Shown here one piece after another: positions 42,692 through 51,250 of a stretch of DNA of 58,733 bases. Position 1 is the stretch's first letter. Every line of letters begins with the position of its first letter. This stretch comes from Nanobdellota archaeon (GTDB lineage: Archaea > Nanobdellota > Nanobdellia > Woesearchaeales > JACPBV01). The position numbers were made by a program, and so were the translations under genes. The stretch is taken from the NCBI GenBank assembly GCA_034660355.1, contig JAYEIZ010000160.1:1-58733 (forward strand). The letters run 5' to 3'. Under the pieces are notes generated by a model. The model saw only the letters and a list, made by a program, of their open reading frames with translations, did not search any database and had not been told where the DNA came from.

Positions 42692-42704
42692 AAGGAAATG
42701 AATT

Positions 42705-43286
42705 ATGAAAACACCTTATCATTGTCGTTGTATTAGATTAGAAATAAATGAACGGTTTAGTTGTAGTAATATGCTTACTATGCACTTAACTTCTCACTTA
42801 TTATGTGAACATATTCGTGTACGGATTGAAGGAAAGTCTCTTGATATATGTAGACAATTCTTCGATAAACTAAACACTAATATATTAACTATTAGTGAGT
42901 TTTATCTTAAACATAGGGATCTTGAGACTCCTATAAGTTATATGGACTCAATAGAAGATAATCCAGTACGTATATCTGTATGTGCTGTACCTTATTCAAT
43001 GGATGATTCACCTATTGCACGTAAAAACCATATGTTAGGACGGATAGATTCTACTAATTCTATTGCATTTAGTTACATATCTGTAACACCTATTATTGTA
43101 CATTTACATAATGAAAAAGAGTCTACTTTAATTACTATAAAAGTACATCCTACTGACATTCATCAAGAACTTAAATGGTTAGAGAACTTTAATCCTGATA
43201 CAGCTTATATTGATCTAAATCAATACACTAACACTGATACAATTCATCAAGGATTGAGTATACAGTATCAGGTTTTACGTTATTAA
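42705..43286 (+). CDS. Hypothetical protein (193 aa)
   Basis: ORF with RBS AAAGGAAA. Cys/His-rich N-terminus. No motif recognised. Confidence 0.5.
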   Translation: MKTPYHCRCIRLEINERFSCSNMLTMHLTSHLLCEHIRVRIEGKSLDICRQFFDKLNTNILTISEFYLKHRDLETPISYMDSIEDNPVRISVCAVPYSMDDSPIARKNHMLGRIDSTNSIAFSYISVTPIIVHLHNEKESTLITIKVHPTDIHQELKWLENFNPDTAYIDLNQYTNTDTIHQGLSIQYQVLRY

Positions 43287-43315
43287 ATTTTAACTAAGAA
43301 AGTGAGGAATAAATT

Positions 43316-43603
43316 ATGTTATCTATTATGAAACATTTAAATATAACTAAAGAATTGCAGGATAATGCCTCTGTATTACAGAGGCTCTTAGAAAATGATA
43401 GGAGATCACAAAGAGAGATTACATCTCTTGAAAATAACATACAAATACTCTCTAAGCAAAATATTAAATTATGTGAGGAGCTTGCATTCCTTAAACATAG
43501 AATGCAAGGACTTGAAGATTATAAGCAAGTTAAAAAGTTAGCATATATGAAACTATATGGATCCCAGAAGGAGGAAAGTTTTGAAACATTCAAGCATGAT
43601 TAA
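43316..43603 (+). CDS. Hypothetical coiled-coil protein (95 aa)
   Basis: RBS GAGGAA. Heptad-like 'LENNIQILSKQNIKLCEELAFLKHRMQGLEDYK'. Confidence 0.5.
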   Translation: MLSIMKHLNITKELQDNASVLQRLLENDRRSQREITSLENNIQILSKQNIKLCEELAFLKHRMQGLEDYKQVKKLAYMKLYGSQKEESFETFKHD

Positions 43604-43898
43604 AGAACTACATCGTATGGCGGTTATACTCGACGAGGAGTGCTCTTTCCCTAATTCTTTACATGATACTGCAGATTTACTACAGAAGCTCTCTGAATGG
43701 CATCCTGTGGAGTATTACGCAATAGTGCATGATAAATATTATCATGTATGTTCAAATGATAGGCAGTATATTGCTCAGTACAAAGATAATACTAATAAAC
43801 ATGGTAGTGGGTTTTATATCACTGATGATACTAAAGTCTATCCAACACATATGAAAGAACTATGTGAGTTTCCTAAAGGAGGTACTCTTGAGACATAA
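43581..43898 (+). CDS. Hypothetical protein (about 105 aa), probable TTG start
   Basis: The track start is ATG 43557 with no RBS. The in-frame TTG at 43581 lies 6 nt after AGGAGG (43569-43574). Confidence 0.45.
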   Translation: MKHSSMIKELHRMAVILDEECSFPNSLHDTADLLQKLSEWHPVEYYAIVHDKYYHVCSNDRQYIAQYKDNTNKHGSGFYITDDTKVYPTHMKELCEFPKGGTLET

Positions 43899-44115
43899 AC
43901 GTATTATAGCTACAGCTCATTGGTTTGAGAATTTACCTGATAAAGATATAAGTAAAGTTGCTCAGACTAAACGAAAAATTATATCTAACGGGCACTATAC
44001 AAGAATAGCTTGTCAACTCTGTGATAAGCTTTATGGAGAAATAGTTTGTATGAATTATACCCATACAAAACATATACTATTAAACCCTAGAATAACTGAA
44101 GAAATAGAAGTTTAA
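43888..44115 (+). CDS. Hypothetical protein (about 75 aa), probable TTG start
   Basis: The track start is GTG 43864. The in-frame TTG at 43888 lies 5 nt after AAGGAGG. Confidence 0.45.
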   Translation: MRHKRIIATAHWFENLPDKDISKVAQTKRKIISNGHYTRIACQLCDKLYGEIVCMNYTHTKHILLNPRITEEIEV

Positions 44116-44132
44116 CTAATGGAGAAATAAAT

Positions 44133-44741
44133 ATGATTAGAATTAAAAATATTAAAGGAAAAACTCTCTTTGAAGCTGATATAAATTCTCTAAAAGAATG
44201 TGTAGAATTGGCTGTTAAAAAGAAGATAAACCTTGAAGATGCTAATCTCGAGAGTGCAAACCTTGAAAAAGCAAATCTTGTAGGTGCAGAACTTAAAGGA
44301 GCTTATCTATATAAAGCAAGTCTTGAAAGAGCTGATCTTAATGAAGCTAATCTTGAAGGAGCTATTCTCGAAAGAGTTATTCTTAGGGGAGCTACTCTTG
44401 AATATGCAAACCTTATAGAAGCAAACCTTATAGACAGTAATTTTATAAGAGCAGACCTTAACGAAGTCGAGCTTGTAGGAGCTTGTCTAAATGGAAGCTG
44501 GCTTTGTGGTGCAAATCTTTACAAAGCTAATCTTGAGGGAGCTAGTCTTATAGGAGCTGATTTAGAAAGAGCAAACCTTTTTGGAACAAACTTTAATAAA
44601 ACTAATCTTTATAGGGCTGATTTCCGTAGAACAAATCTTAGAGAAGCAAGCCTTAAAGGAGCTTGTCTTGCAAGAACTGATTTTGAAGGAGCTATTCTTG
44701 CACGGGACTCAAATCAAATAGAGAAAGGAATAAATCAATGA
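44133..44741 (+). CDS. Pentapeptide-repeat protein 3 (202 aa)
   Basis: N-terminal cap 'IKNIKGKTLFEADINSLKECVELAVKKKINL', then about 31 A(N/D)LxX units. Confidence 0.9.
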   Translation: MIRIKNIKGKTLFEADINSLKECVELAVKKKINLEDANLESANLEKANLVGAELKGAYLYKASLERADLNEANLEGAILERVILRGATLEYANLIEANLIDSNFIRADLNEVELVGACLNGSWLCGANLYKANLEGASLIGADLERANLFGTNFNKTNLYRADFRRTNLREASLKGACLARTDFEGAILARDSNQIEKGINQ

Positions 44742-45130
44742 CTAAAATTAAATTAATTATAGCTGGTGGTAGAGACTTCACTGACTATAACCAGCTAGAA
44801 CATCAGTTTATACAGTTCACTCATCAGATAGAAGCAACTATATCTAAAGAACTTACCAATAAAGATATAACTATTATATCTGGTATGGCTAAAGGAGCTG
44901 ATATACTTGGTCTAAGGCTTGCTGAAGAGTGTGAGTTCAATGTTGAACGTTATCCTGCTTTATGGGATAAAGAAGGACGTAGTGCTGGATACAAACGTAA
45001 TGTACGTATGGCTGATAATGCTACGCATCTATTAGCTTTCTGGGATGGAAAGTCTAAAGGTACAGAGCATATGATTAAATGTGCTGAATCTAAAGATCTT
45101 ATTGTTAAAGTTGTAGATTATAGGAGATAA
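44738..45130 (+). CDS. SLOG-superfamily (DUF2493-like) protein
   Basis: 'IIAGGRDFTDY', 'ISGMAKGADILG' and 'YPALWDKEGRSAGYKRNVRMADNATHLLAFWDGKSKGTEHMI'. ATGA overlap with the preceding pentapeptide gene. Confidence 0.65.
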   Translation: MTKIKLIIAGGRDFTDYNQLEHQFIQFTHQIEATISKELTNKDITIISGMAKGADILGLRLAEECEFNVERYPALWDKEGRSAGYKRNVRMADNATHLLAFWDGKSKGTEHMIKCAESKDLIVKVVDYRR

Positions 45131-45134
45131 TCAA

Positions 45135-45416
45135 ATGAACGCCAAACAAAACCAACAGAATAAAGAAACTCTTTTACAATGCCAAATTAATTCACTTAGA
45201 CGAATAGAGCGAGAAGCAGGCTATCCCTATAAAAGTGATGACCTTAGCTTATTAGAGCAAGAAGCATATAACCAATGGCAGAAGAAAACAGAAGCTAGAG
45301 TTTATGGGTATCCACGATATATAATAGTATTACTATTAGCTTTACTAGGTAGCTTTGGGTTTCTTATAGGTTTACTTCTGCCTATTATTTTAGATTTATT
45401 TAATCAACTTATCTAA
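45135..45416 (+). CDS. Small C-terminally anchored membrane protein (93 aa)
   Basis: 'YIIVLLLALLGSFGFLIGLLLPIILDLF' hydrophobic C-terminus. Confidence 0.5.
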   Translation: MNAKQNQQNKETLLQCQINSLRRIEREAGYPYKSDDLSLLEQEAYNQWQKKTEARVYGYPRYIIVLLLALLGSFGFLIGLLLPIILDLFNQLI

Positions 45417-45425
45417 GGAAAGTAT

Positions 45426-45644
45426 ATGTCTTATCAGACAACTAATAATCTATTTGTATGTTGTATAATTATTTTATTACTATTATTTACTATAGCTATA
45501 GATATACAACATACGTCTATAACAGTTTTAGAAAAACATGTTGTAGTACTTAAACAAAGAATACAATCTCAACAAGAGTTTATTCTTTTAACAAACCAAC
45601 GCATTAATCAGGGGAATGAAAATGCAGCAAACATACACAGATAA
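45426..45644 (+). CDS. Small N-terminally anchored membrane protein (72 aa)
   Basis: 'LFVCCIIILLLLFTIAI' followed by a helical Q-rich tail. Confidence 0.5.
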   Translation: MSYQTTNNLFVCCIIILLLLFTIAIDIQHTSITVLEKHVVVLKQRIQSQQEFILLTNQRINQGNENAANIHR

Positions 45645-45780
45645 TACTATATCCGCACAGATTCAAGTAAACCATATACTAAATGAGTTTAGTAAAGACA
45701 ATCTATCAGAAATATCTTTAACAAATAGAGTATTAGTTGATTGGGACACCTATTTCAATGAATTTAAATTAAACATTTAA
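45616..45780 (+). CDS. Small ORF (52-54 aa), not in the ORF track
   Basis: ATG at 45616 or 45622 after GGGG. My translation is MKMQQTYTDNTISAQIQVNHILNEFSKDNLSEISLTNRVLVDWDTYFNEFKLNI. Followed by a terminator. Confidence 0.35.
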   Translation: MKMQQTYTDNTISAQIQVNHILNEFSKDNLSEISLTNRVLVDWDTYFNEFKLNI

Positions 45781-45813
45781 TAGAAGAATATTATCAATAA
45801 TTAAACTAATTTC

Positions 45814-45840
45814 ATGGGAAGCATTAGCTTCCCATTTCTG
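45814..45840 (+). terminator. Hairpin terminator closing the early block
   Basis: atgggaagc-atta-gcttcccat: 9-bp stem, followed by ttctg. Confidence 0.65.
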
Positions 45841-45868
45841 TATTTACTATCATAGTGAGGAATAAATT

Positions 45869-47629
45869 ATGGCTGATTCAGCTTACATAGATCAATACAA
45901 CATCGAAACTACATGGTCTAAGAGACAAGGTGTACGTATTGTGAAAGAAGAACTAGAAGGTAATATATCTATCACTAACGCTAGGGCGGTTAAAAGAGCT
46001 CTAGGACGATGTATTCAAGATTTTGATACCATTGACCAAGCATATGATCTATTCATGTTCTTGCTCTTCTCAGAGGATAGAGACATGCCTATACAATCTA
46101 TTGCTATGCAGTTAGGAATGCTTTGTACTACTGATAAAGTAAAAGCTTTTAGTAAAGGTATATATATAGTTAAAATGTGTGCAGAACTTACTGATCTGTA
46201 TCATTTAGATTCTCGTAAAGAAGGTGAAGACTTAGCATGGTATGTCTGCCCTAACTTTAAACTAGATAAAATAACTCGTAAGAGAGTTAAAGAACTACAG
46301 TTTCTTCCACCAATGAAAGTTATTCCAAGAGATTGGAATAGTAATACTGACGGTGGATGGGTACATGAAAACCAACATATTATGTTAGGTAAATCTATAG
46401 GTAAACATAATAAGTATCAAGCATATGATGTAATCAATAAGTTACAGAAAGTACCTTTTGAAATAGATGTAGATACTTATATGTTTGAAAAGAAGACTAA
46501 TCATAATATGAAGAAGAAACCTTATCTAAAAGTACTTAATAAATACTTAGGAGAAGAGTTCTACTTTGTATGGAGATATGACACTAGAGGACGTAGTTAT
46601 TCCTCTGGATACCATTTGAATATCCAGTCAGATGAGTACAGTAAAGCTTTATTATCTTTCGCTAATAAAGAAATGATAACTAATATAGATAATCTATATA
46701 TAGCTATAGCTGGTCATGCTGGTAAAGATAAGCTTACTTGGACAGAACGTATCAAGTGGGCTAAAAGTATAACTGATTTTAGTACTGTAGAATGGGAAGA
46801 GCCTATTCTAGGACGTAAAGCTGTACGAGCTCTTAATGATGCTCTACAGAGTAAGAAATCAGGGTATATGATGTCAGCTGATGCCACAAGTAGCGGTATT
46901 CAAATAATGGCAGCTTTATCAGGTTGTCTTGATACAGCTAAATTTACTAATATGATTGACCCGACTACACGAGTAGATGTTTATTCTGAAATGGTGAAAG
47001 CTATGAATGATAAACTGGATACTAAGGTTAATCGTAAAACACTCAAGAAATGTTTAATGACCTACTGCTATAACAGTAAAGCTACTCCTAAGAAATTGTT
47101 ATCTGAAGAACAATTAGAAGAGTTCTATGATAGTTTAGATGGATTACTTTCTGGAGCTCAGGATGTACTAGAAACTATTAATAGTGCATGGGATGATACA
47201 GCTACAGAACATTCATGGACTATGCCTGATGGACATAAAGTTATAGTGCCTGTAATAGAGTATCATGACATGGTGCTTGAAGATGAAGATTTAGGTGATA
47301 TACCTTTCAGATATTACTCTAAAACTCCATCAGATAACTATAGATCTCTCGGAGCTAACATATGTCATTCGGTGGATGCTTATATAGCTAGAGAAATGGT
47401 TAGAAGATGTGAATTTCAGTTAGTTCACATCCATGATGCGTATCTCTTTAGTCCTGACCATTTACAGGATGTAGCTAATATGTATCGAACTATTGTAGCT
47501 GAAATTGCTGACATGGATCTATTACAACATATACTTCGTGAAATTACTGGAGATAGTAATTATACATACTCGAAGTATACTGATGATCTATCTAGTAAAA
47601 TCTTACAAAGTGAATACATGCTATCTTAA
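45869..47629 (+). CDS. T7-like single-subunit RNA polymerase (N4 RNAPII-like middle-gene polymerase), single chain of 586 aa
   Basis: 'WRYDTRGRSYS' (T/DxxGR), motif A 'MMSADATSSGIQIMAALSG', motif B 'RKTLKKCLMTYCYNS', motif C 'VHIHDAYLF'. Confidence 0.85.
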   Translation: MADSAYIDQYNIETTWSKRQGVRIVKEELEGNISITNARAVKRALGRCIQDFDTIDQAYDLFMFLLFSEDRDMPIQSIAMQLGMLCTTDKVKAFSKGIYIVKMCAELTDLYHLDSRKEGEDLAWYVCPNFKLDKITRKRVKELQFLPPMKVIPRDWNSNTDGGWVHENQHIMLGKSIGKHNKYQAYDVINKLQKVPFEIDVDTYMFEKKTNHNMKKKPYLKVLNKYLGEEFYFVWRYDTRGRSYSSGYHLNIQSDEYSKALLSFANKEMITNIDNLYIAIAGHAGKDKLTWTERIKWAKSITDFSTVEWEEPILGRKAVRALNDALQSKKSGYMMSADATSSGIQIMAALSGCLDTAKFTNMIDPTTRVDVYSEMVKAMNDKLDTKVNRKTLKKCLMTYCYNSKATPKKLLSEEQLEEFYDSLDGLLSGAQDVLETINSAWDDTATEHSWTMPDGHKVIVPVIEYHDMVLEDEDLGDIPFRYYSKTPSDNYRSLGANICHSVDAYIAREMVRRCEFQLVHIHDAYLFSPDHLQDVANMYRTIVAEIADMDLLQHILREITGDSNYTYSKYTDDLSSKILQSEYMLS

Positions 47630-47638
47630 TACTATCTT

Positions 47639-47675
47639 GCAGACCTCTTTAATTAGAGGTCTGCTTATTTTTTTT
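47639..47675 (+). terminator. Strong rho-independent terminator
   Basis: gcagacctct-ttaatt-agaggtctgc: 10-bp stem, followed by ttatttttttt. Confidence 0.85.
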
Positions 47676-47761
47676 ATAAGGAATAAAATTATGTACCCAT
47701 ATGATTCAGATTACCCATTCTATATACAGTTTATATAAATAATATTTTAAGGAATAAAATT

Positions 47762-47938
47762 ATGGGATTTTATATATTTAATAAAGGTATAGCTACAAAA
47801 GCAGCCCTTAAACAAATGAACTCACCTGAAGCTAAAGAAGCTCTCAAAGGTGTAGAGTATATCAACTTTAATGAGGCTGAATTAGAGCTAAATTCACGGC
47901 AAGATAAACAAAGATATTTAGATAGAAATAAGGAATAA
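47762..47938 (+). CDS. Small ORF (58 aa), not in the ORF track
   Basis: Preceded by the recurrent TAAGGAATAAAATT-ATG initiation cassette. My translation begins MGFYIFNKGIATKAALKQMNSPEAKEALKGVEYINFNEAELELNSRQDKQRYLDRNKE. Confidence 0.4.
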   Translation: MGFYIFNKGIATKAALKQMNSPEAKEALKGVEYINFNEAELELNSRQDKQRYLDRNKE

Positions 47939-47942
47939 AATT

Positions 47943-48206
47943 ATGCGTAAAGAACTAACTATAGAAGAATGGGAAGAAAAATTTATCCCTATATTTAATA
48001 CTCTCTTACCGCCACATAAGGAAGATTTTGATTTCCTTAACAAACAAGACCCTCACCACATATGGACAGGATCAGTTTCAGGTGATCAACTGGTAGTTAT
48101 TGAAGGATACCATTTATATAGTGAAGTTATGTATTTTATAACAAAGAACCCTTGGACTGAGGGTGAACAATACATGATACAAAATAAATTATTGGAGGAT
48201 GATTGA
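47943..48206 (+). CDS. Hypothetical protein (87 aa), paralogue of 48432-48710
   Basis: Shares 'ELTI.EWEE.F.PI.NT', 'KQDPHH.WT', 'EGYHL', 'FITKNPWT.G.QY' with the 92-aa ORF. Confidence 0.55.
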   Translation: MRKELTIEEWEEKFIPIFNTLLPPHKEDFDFLNKQDPHHIWTGSVSGDQLVVIEGYHLYSEVMYFITKNPWTEGEQYMIQNKLLEDD

Positions 48207-48207
48207 T

Positions 48208-48426
48208 ATGTCAAATAAATCTAAGATAAATAAATCATTATCAACTTCTTGTGAAAACCATGGAGCATGGGCATTATTTACTTGCCCTGGATGTTATGAA
48301 GACCTTCCTTATGATGAGTGGGCAGATTCTACAGGAAACTGCCCTATATGTGGTAAAGAAATCTGTTGTGAGGTTATACAAGTACCAGTATCTTTCTGCA
48401 GGTTTACGGATTATGAAGGAGAATAA
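48208..48426 (+). CDS. Zinc-ribbon protein (72 aa)
   Basis: Two CxxC pairs ('CPGCYE' and 'CPICGKE'). ATG 48208 lies 9 nt after GGAGG; the track start 48199 abuts the RBS. Confidence 0.55.
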   Translation: MSNKSKINKSLSTSCENHGAWALFTCPGCYEDLPYDEWADSTGNCPICGKEICCEVIQVPVSFCRFTDYEGE

Positions 48427-48431
48427 TTAAA

Positions 48432-48710
48432 ATGTTTAGAGAACTAACTATCAAAGAATGGGAAGAAGAGTTTCTCCCTATAAAGAATACTATTTATAAT
48501 GAAGAGATAGATTATTTTGAACCTTATAGCTCAGAATGGGATTTCATTAGAAAACAAGATCCTCACCATGTGTGGACAGTTGTAGATACCGATGACGGAT
48601 TAGTAATTAATGAAGGTTACCATTTATGTAACAGAGTAATGCACTTTATAACAAAGAATCCTTGGACTAAAGGTACACAGTATCAAATAGATTATGAAGG
48701 AGATAATTAA
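48432..48710 (+). CDS. Hypothetical protein (92 aa), paralogue of 47943-48206
   Basis: See 47943-48206. Confidence 0.55.
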   Translation: MFRELTIKEWEEEFLPIKNTIYNEEIDYFEPYSSEWDFIRKQDPHHVWTVVDTDDGLVINEGYHLCNRVMHFITKNPWTKGTQYQIDYEGDN

Positions 48711-48711
48711 A

Positions 48712-48951
48712 ATGGGAGATCAAATAAACTCTAACGCATGGCAACCTATGGATACAGCACCTAAAGATGGGACAGAAATTCTTTTACATATACCTGTTAA
48801 TTGGGGATCAGATTATAAACAAGAAGATACTCGTATAGGTAAAGGTACTCTTATACGTTCATATTTTTTTATAAAAGAAAGAGGTTATTGGTTAGATAGA
48901 TTAGATAGTTATCTATCTGAAGATACTCCTATTGGATGGAAACATATATAA
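48712..48951 (+). CDS. Hypothetical protein (79 aa) with 'WQPMDTAPKDGTEILL' motif
   Basis: Start moved to ATG 48712 (GAAGGAGA upstream). The W-x-P-x-x-x-x-P-K-D-G-T motif is common in small phage/proteobacterial proteins of unknown function. Confidence 0.5.
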   Translation: MGDQINSNAWQPMDTAPKDGTEILLHIPVNWGSDYKQEDTRIGKGTLIRSYFFIKERGYWLDRLDSYLSEDTPIGWKHI

Positions 48952-48963
48952 GGAATAACTAAA

Positions 48964-49266
48964 ATGAGAGATTCAGTAAAAGCTTATAGTGAACAAAAGG
49001 CTTTAATAAAGAAAGCTTTAAAAACTGTAGGCTTCACAGATATTGAAATCACTGAAGGGTATTATTACTCCAGTGGCTTTGCTAAAAAGAATGATAAGTT
49101 AATTTATTTTAGGATTATGAATATTAAAAATGATTGTAGTAATGAATTGATAATGCTCCGTACAGCGAAACACAGAAAAGATTTTAGTATGAAAAATAAT
49201 AACTGGGTACTTCTTACAGATATTGAAACTATAGGTAACTCAGCTAATAAATTAGTAGATGTATAA
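48964..49266 (+). CDS. Hypothetical protein (100 aa)
   Basis: ORF with RBS AAGGAA. Confidence 0.5.
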   Translation: MRDSVKAYSEQKALIKKALKTVGFTDIEITEGYYYSSGFAKKNDKLIYFRIMNIKNDCSNELIMLRTAKHRKDFSMKNNNWVLLTDIETIGNSANKLVDV

Positions 49267-49330
49267 CCTCAATACTTAAGATTTCAGTATTCTAATCACT
49301 TAACCCTCTCTAGTTTTTAAGGACAGTTAA

Positions 49331-49522
49331 ATGCAGTATTTTGTAGTAAATAAGTGCACTGAATCTGCATGCCGTTATTATAGATTTGGGGATAATTGTG
49401 CAAAGAATGGTATGGATATTCAAATGCAAATAGATACCATAACAAACATTCAAGAAAATCATATTTGCGAAGTTAAACGACAAATGAATATATTCAGATT
49501 AGCTAAATTAATAAAGGAATAA
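49331..49522 (+). CDS. Hypothetical Cys-containing protein (63 aa)
   Basis: ORF with RBS AAGGA. Confidence 0.45.
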   Translation: MQYFVVNKCTESACRYYRFGDNCAKNGMDIQMQIDTITNIQENHICEVKRQMNIFRLAKLIKE

Positions 49523-49528
49523 CATAAT

Positions 49529-50548
49529 ATGTTTGAAGTTAATATTAAACAACTCATACAAGCTCTCATAGCAGATCTTAAAGCGAATATCACTTCTATG
49601 GTAGTATCTAGTCCTGGAGCTGGAAAGAGTGATTGTATACGTCAAATAGCTAAAGAGTATGGTCTCAAAGTAATTGATCTCCGTGTGAGTCAATGTGAGC
49701 CTGTAGACATGCAGGGATTTCCTGGAGTAACTCCAGAAGGACGTATGACTTTCCATGTGCCAGAATACTTTCCATTAGAAGGTGACCCTATCCCTAAAGG
49801 ATATAATGGATGGTTGTTATTCTTGGATGAGTTTAATTCAGGTAATAAACAAACTGAAGCAGCATGTTATAAACTGATATTAGATAGAGCTGTATATCAA
49901 CATAAATTACACCCTAACTGTCGTATTGTTGCTGCAGGTAATCTAACCACAGATAAAGCTATTGTGAATACAATGTCTACTGCAACAGCATCTAGGCTCA
50001 CACATTATAAACTGTATGTAGATCATAATGATTGGATAGATTGGGCATATAAGAATAATATAGATAATCGTATTATTTCTTTTATTAAATTCAAACCTGA
50101 AATACTTCATAAGTTTAATCCTAAATCTACTGAAGTAACCTTTCCAAGTCCCAGAACTTGGGAGTTCGTTTCTAAAATAATTGAAGATATAAAAGATATA
50201 GATGACCTGACACAGATACGTATTGCAGGTACGATTGGGGAAGGTGCAGCTGTAGAGTTTACAGGATACTGTAAAATATTTAGAAACCTACCTACTATTG
50301 AAGAAATACTTCATACACCAACTTTGTGGAGAATACCTATAGAACCTAGTGAAGTTTATGCAATTACTACTATGTTAGCTAGTAATACTACTCCTCAAAA
50401 TATATCTACAATATTCAAATCTATAGATAGATTGCCTATAGAGTTTCAGTTAATTACTTTGAAAGATATTCATAAGAAAAATCCTGCACTTGCAGAATAT
50501 CCTGAAATTAAAGTATGGCAGATAAATAACGCATCAAAAGTGTATTAA
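49529..50548 (+). CDS. MoxR-type AAA+ ATPase (N4 gp24-like)
   Basis: Walker A 'SSPGAGKSD', Walker B 'WLLFLDEFN', sensor 'RIVAAGN'. Confidence 0.85.
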   Translation: MFEVNIKQLIQALIADLKANITSMVVSSPGAGKSDCIRQIAKEYGLKVIDLRVSQCEPVDMQGFPGVTPEGRMTFHVPEYFPLEGDPIPKGYNGWLLFLDEFNSGNKQTEAACYKLILDRAVYQHKLHPNCRIVAAGNLTTDKAIVNTMSTATASRLTHYKLYVDHNDWIDWAYKNNIDNRIISFIKFKPEILHKFNPKSTEVTFPSPRTWEFVSKIIEDIKDIDDLTQIRIAGTIGEGAAVEFTGYCKIFRNLPTIEEILHTPTLWRIPIEPSEVYAITTMLASNTTPQNISTIFKSIDRLPIEFQLITLKDIHKKNPALAEYPEIKVWQINNASKVY

Positions 50549-50561
50549 CAGGAGAAATAAA

Positions 50562-51233
50562 ATGATTTCATACATATTCGGAGCATTCGCACTAGGACTT
50601 TATATTCTTATACTATTTTTATTCGTAAGAAGTTTGTTCAAAGCATACACTAAGTTTTATAACAATTTTATTGGGGTTGGGGAGGATGTTATGGATTTTA
50701 TAGCCCTAGTTAATAATGGTGATATAGAAAAAATAAAAGAAACATATACATTTGAGAATGGTATCCCAAAAGTATTTGAAAATAATCAGGCAGAATGTAT
50801 TTCCTGCTGTAAAGTAGATGCTCATAAAATTATGATAGTGTATAAAATTGACAAAACTGGAGGTTATGGAACTGCTGTTGTAGGCACAATTTCAGGTACT
50901 TCTATATCCTTCGGAAAACCTCATATATTTGTGTGCGGTAATATGCAACACATATCTTGCTGTCAATCGGACAATAATAAAGTCGTTATAGTTTATAGAG
51001 ATATAGATATTAGTCTTTATATCAAAACTGTGGTGGGCAATGTTATTGGAAAATCAATCACATTCGGAACTCCAGTAATGTTTAGAACTCTTTGTACAGG
51101 TGAGATTTCTTGTCGTCAAGTATCTAATAATGAGGTTGTTATAACTTGCCAAGATGTGGGGAATATAAGAGGCGGAGATACTATTGCATGTATTGTTATA
51201 GGAACTTCAATCACATATAGACTCAATAGATAA
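50562..51233 (+). CDS. Membrane-anchored protein with three copies of the tail-fibre propeller repeat (223 aa)
   Basis: N-terminal TM 'ISYIFGAFALGLYILILFLFV'. Then 'LVNNGDIEKIKETYTFENG' (compare fibre 'AVNSGDIEKVKGTVFEGG') and three 51-aa units with 'ISCC..D..K...VY' and 'GYGTAVVGTISGTSISFG'. Confidence 0.65.
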   Translation: MISYIFGAFALGLYILILFLFVRSLFKAYTKFYNNFIGVGEDVMDFIALVNNGDIEKIKETYTFENGIPKVFENNQAECISCCKVDAHKIMIVYKIDKTGGYGTAVVGTISGTSISFGKPHIFVCGNMQHISCCQSDNNKVVIVYRDIDISLYIKTVVGNVIGKSITFGTPVMFRTLCTGEISCRQVSNNEVVITCQDVGNIRGGDTIACIVIGTSITYRLNR

Positions 51234-51250
51234 TGATGAGGAAATCTGAA

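Noticed and set aside
47505-47738. Track ORF (77 aa) spanning the end of the RNAP gene and its terminator
   Set aside because: It overlaps the RNAP coding frame and runs straight through a strong rho-independent terminator. The product is low-complexity.
28160-51233. Fibre repeats plus the distant paralogue (50562-51233) as a diversity-generating retroelement VR/TR pair
   Set aside because: No reverse transcriptase gene was recognised anywhere in the window. The differences I compared are not adenine-specific, and the paralogue is a complete RBS-bearing ORF with a TM helix.
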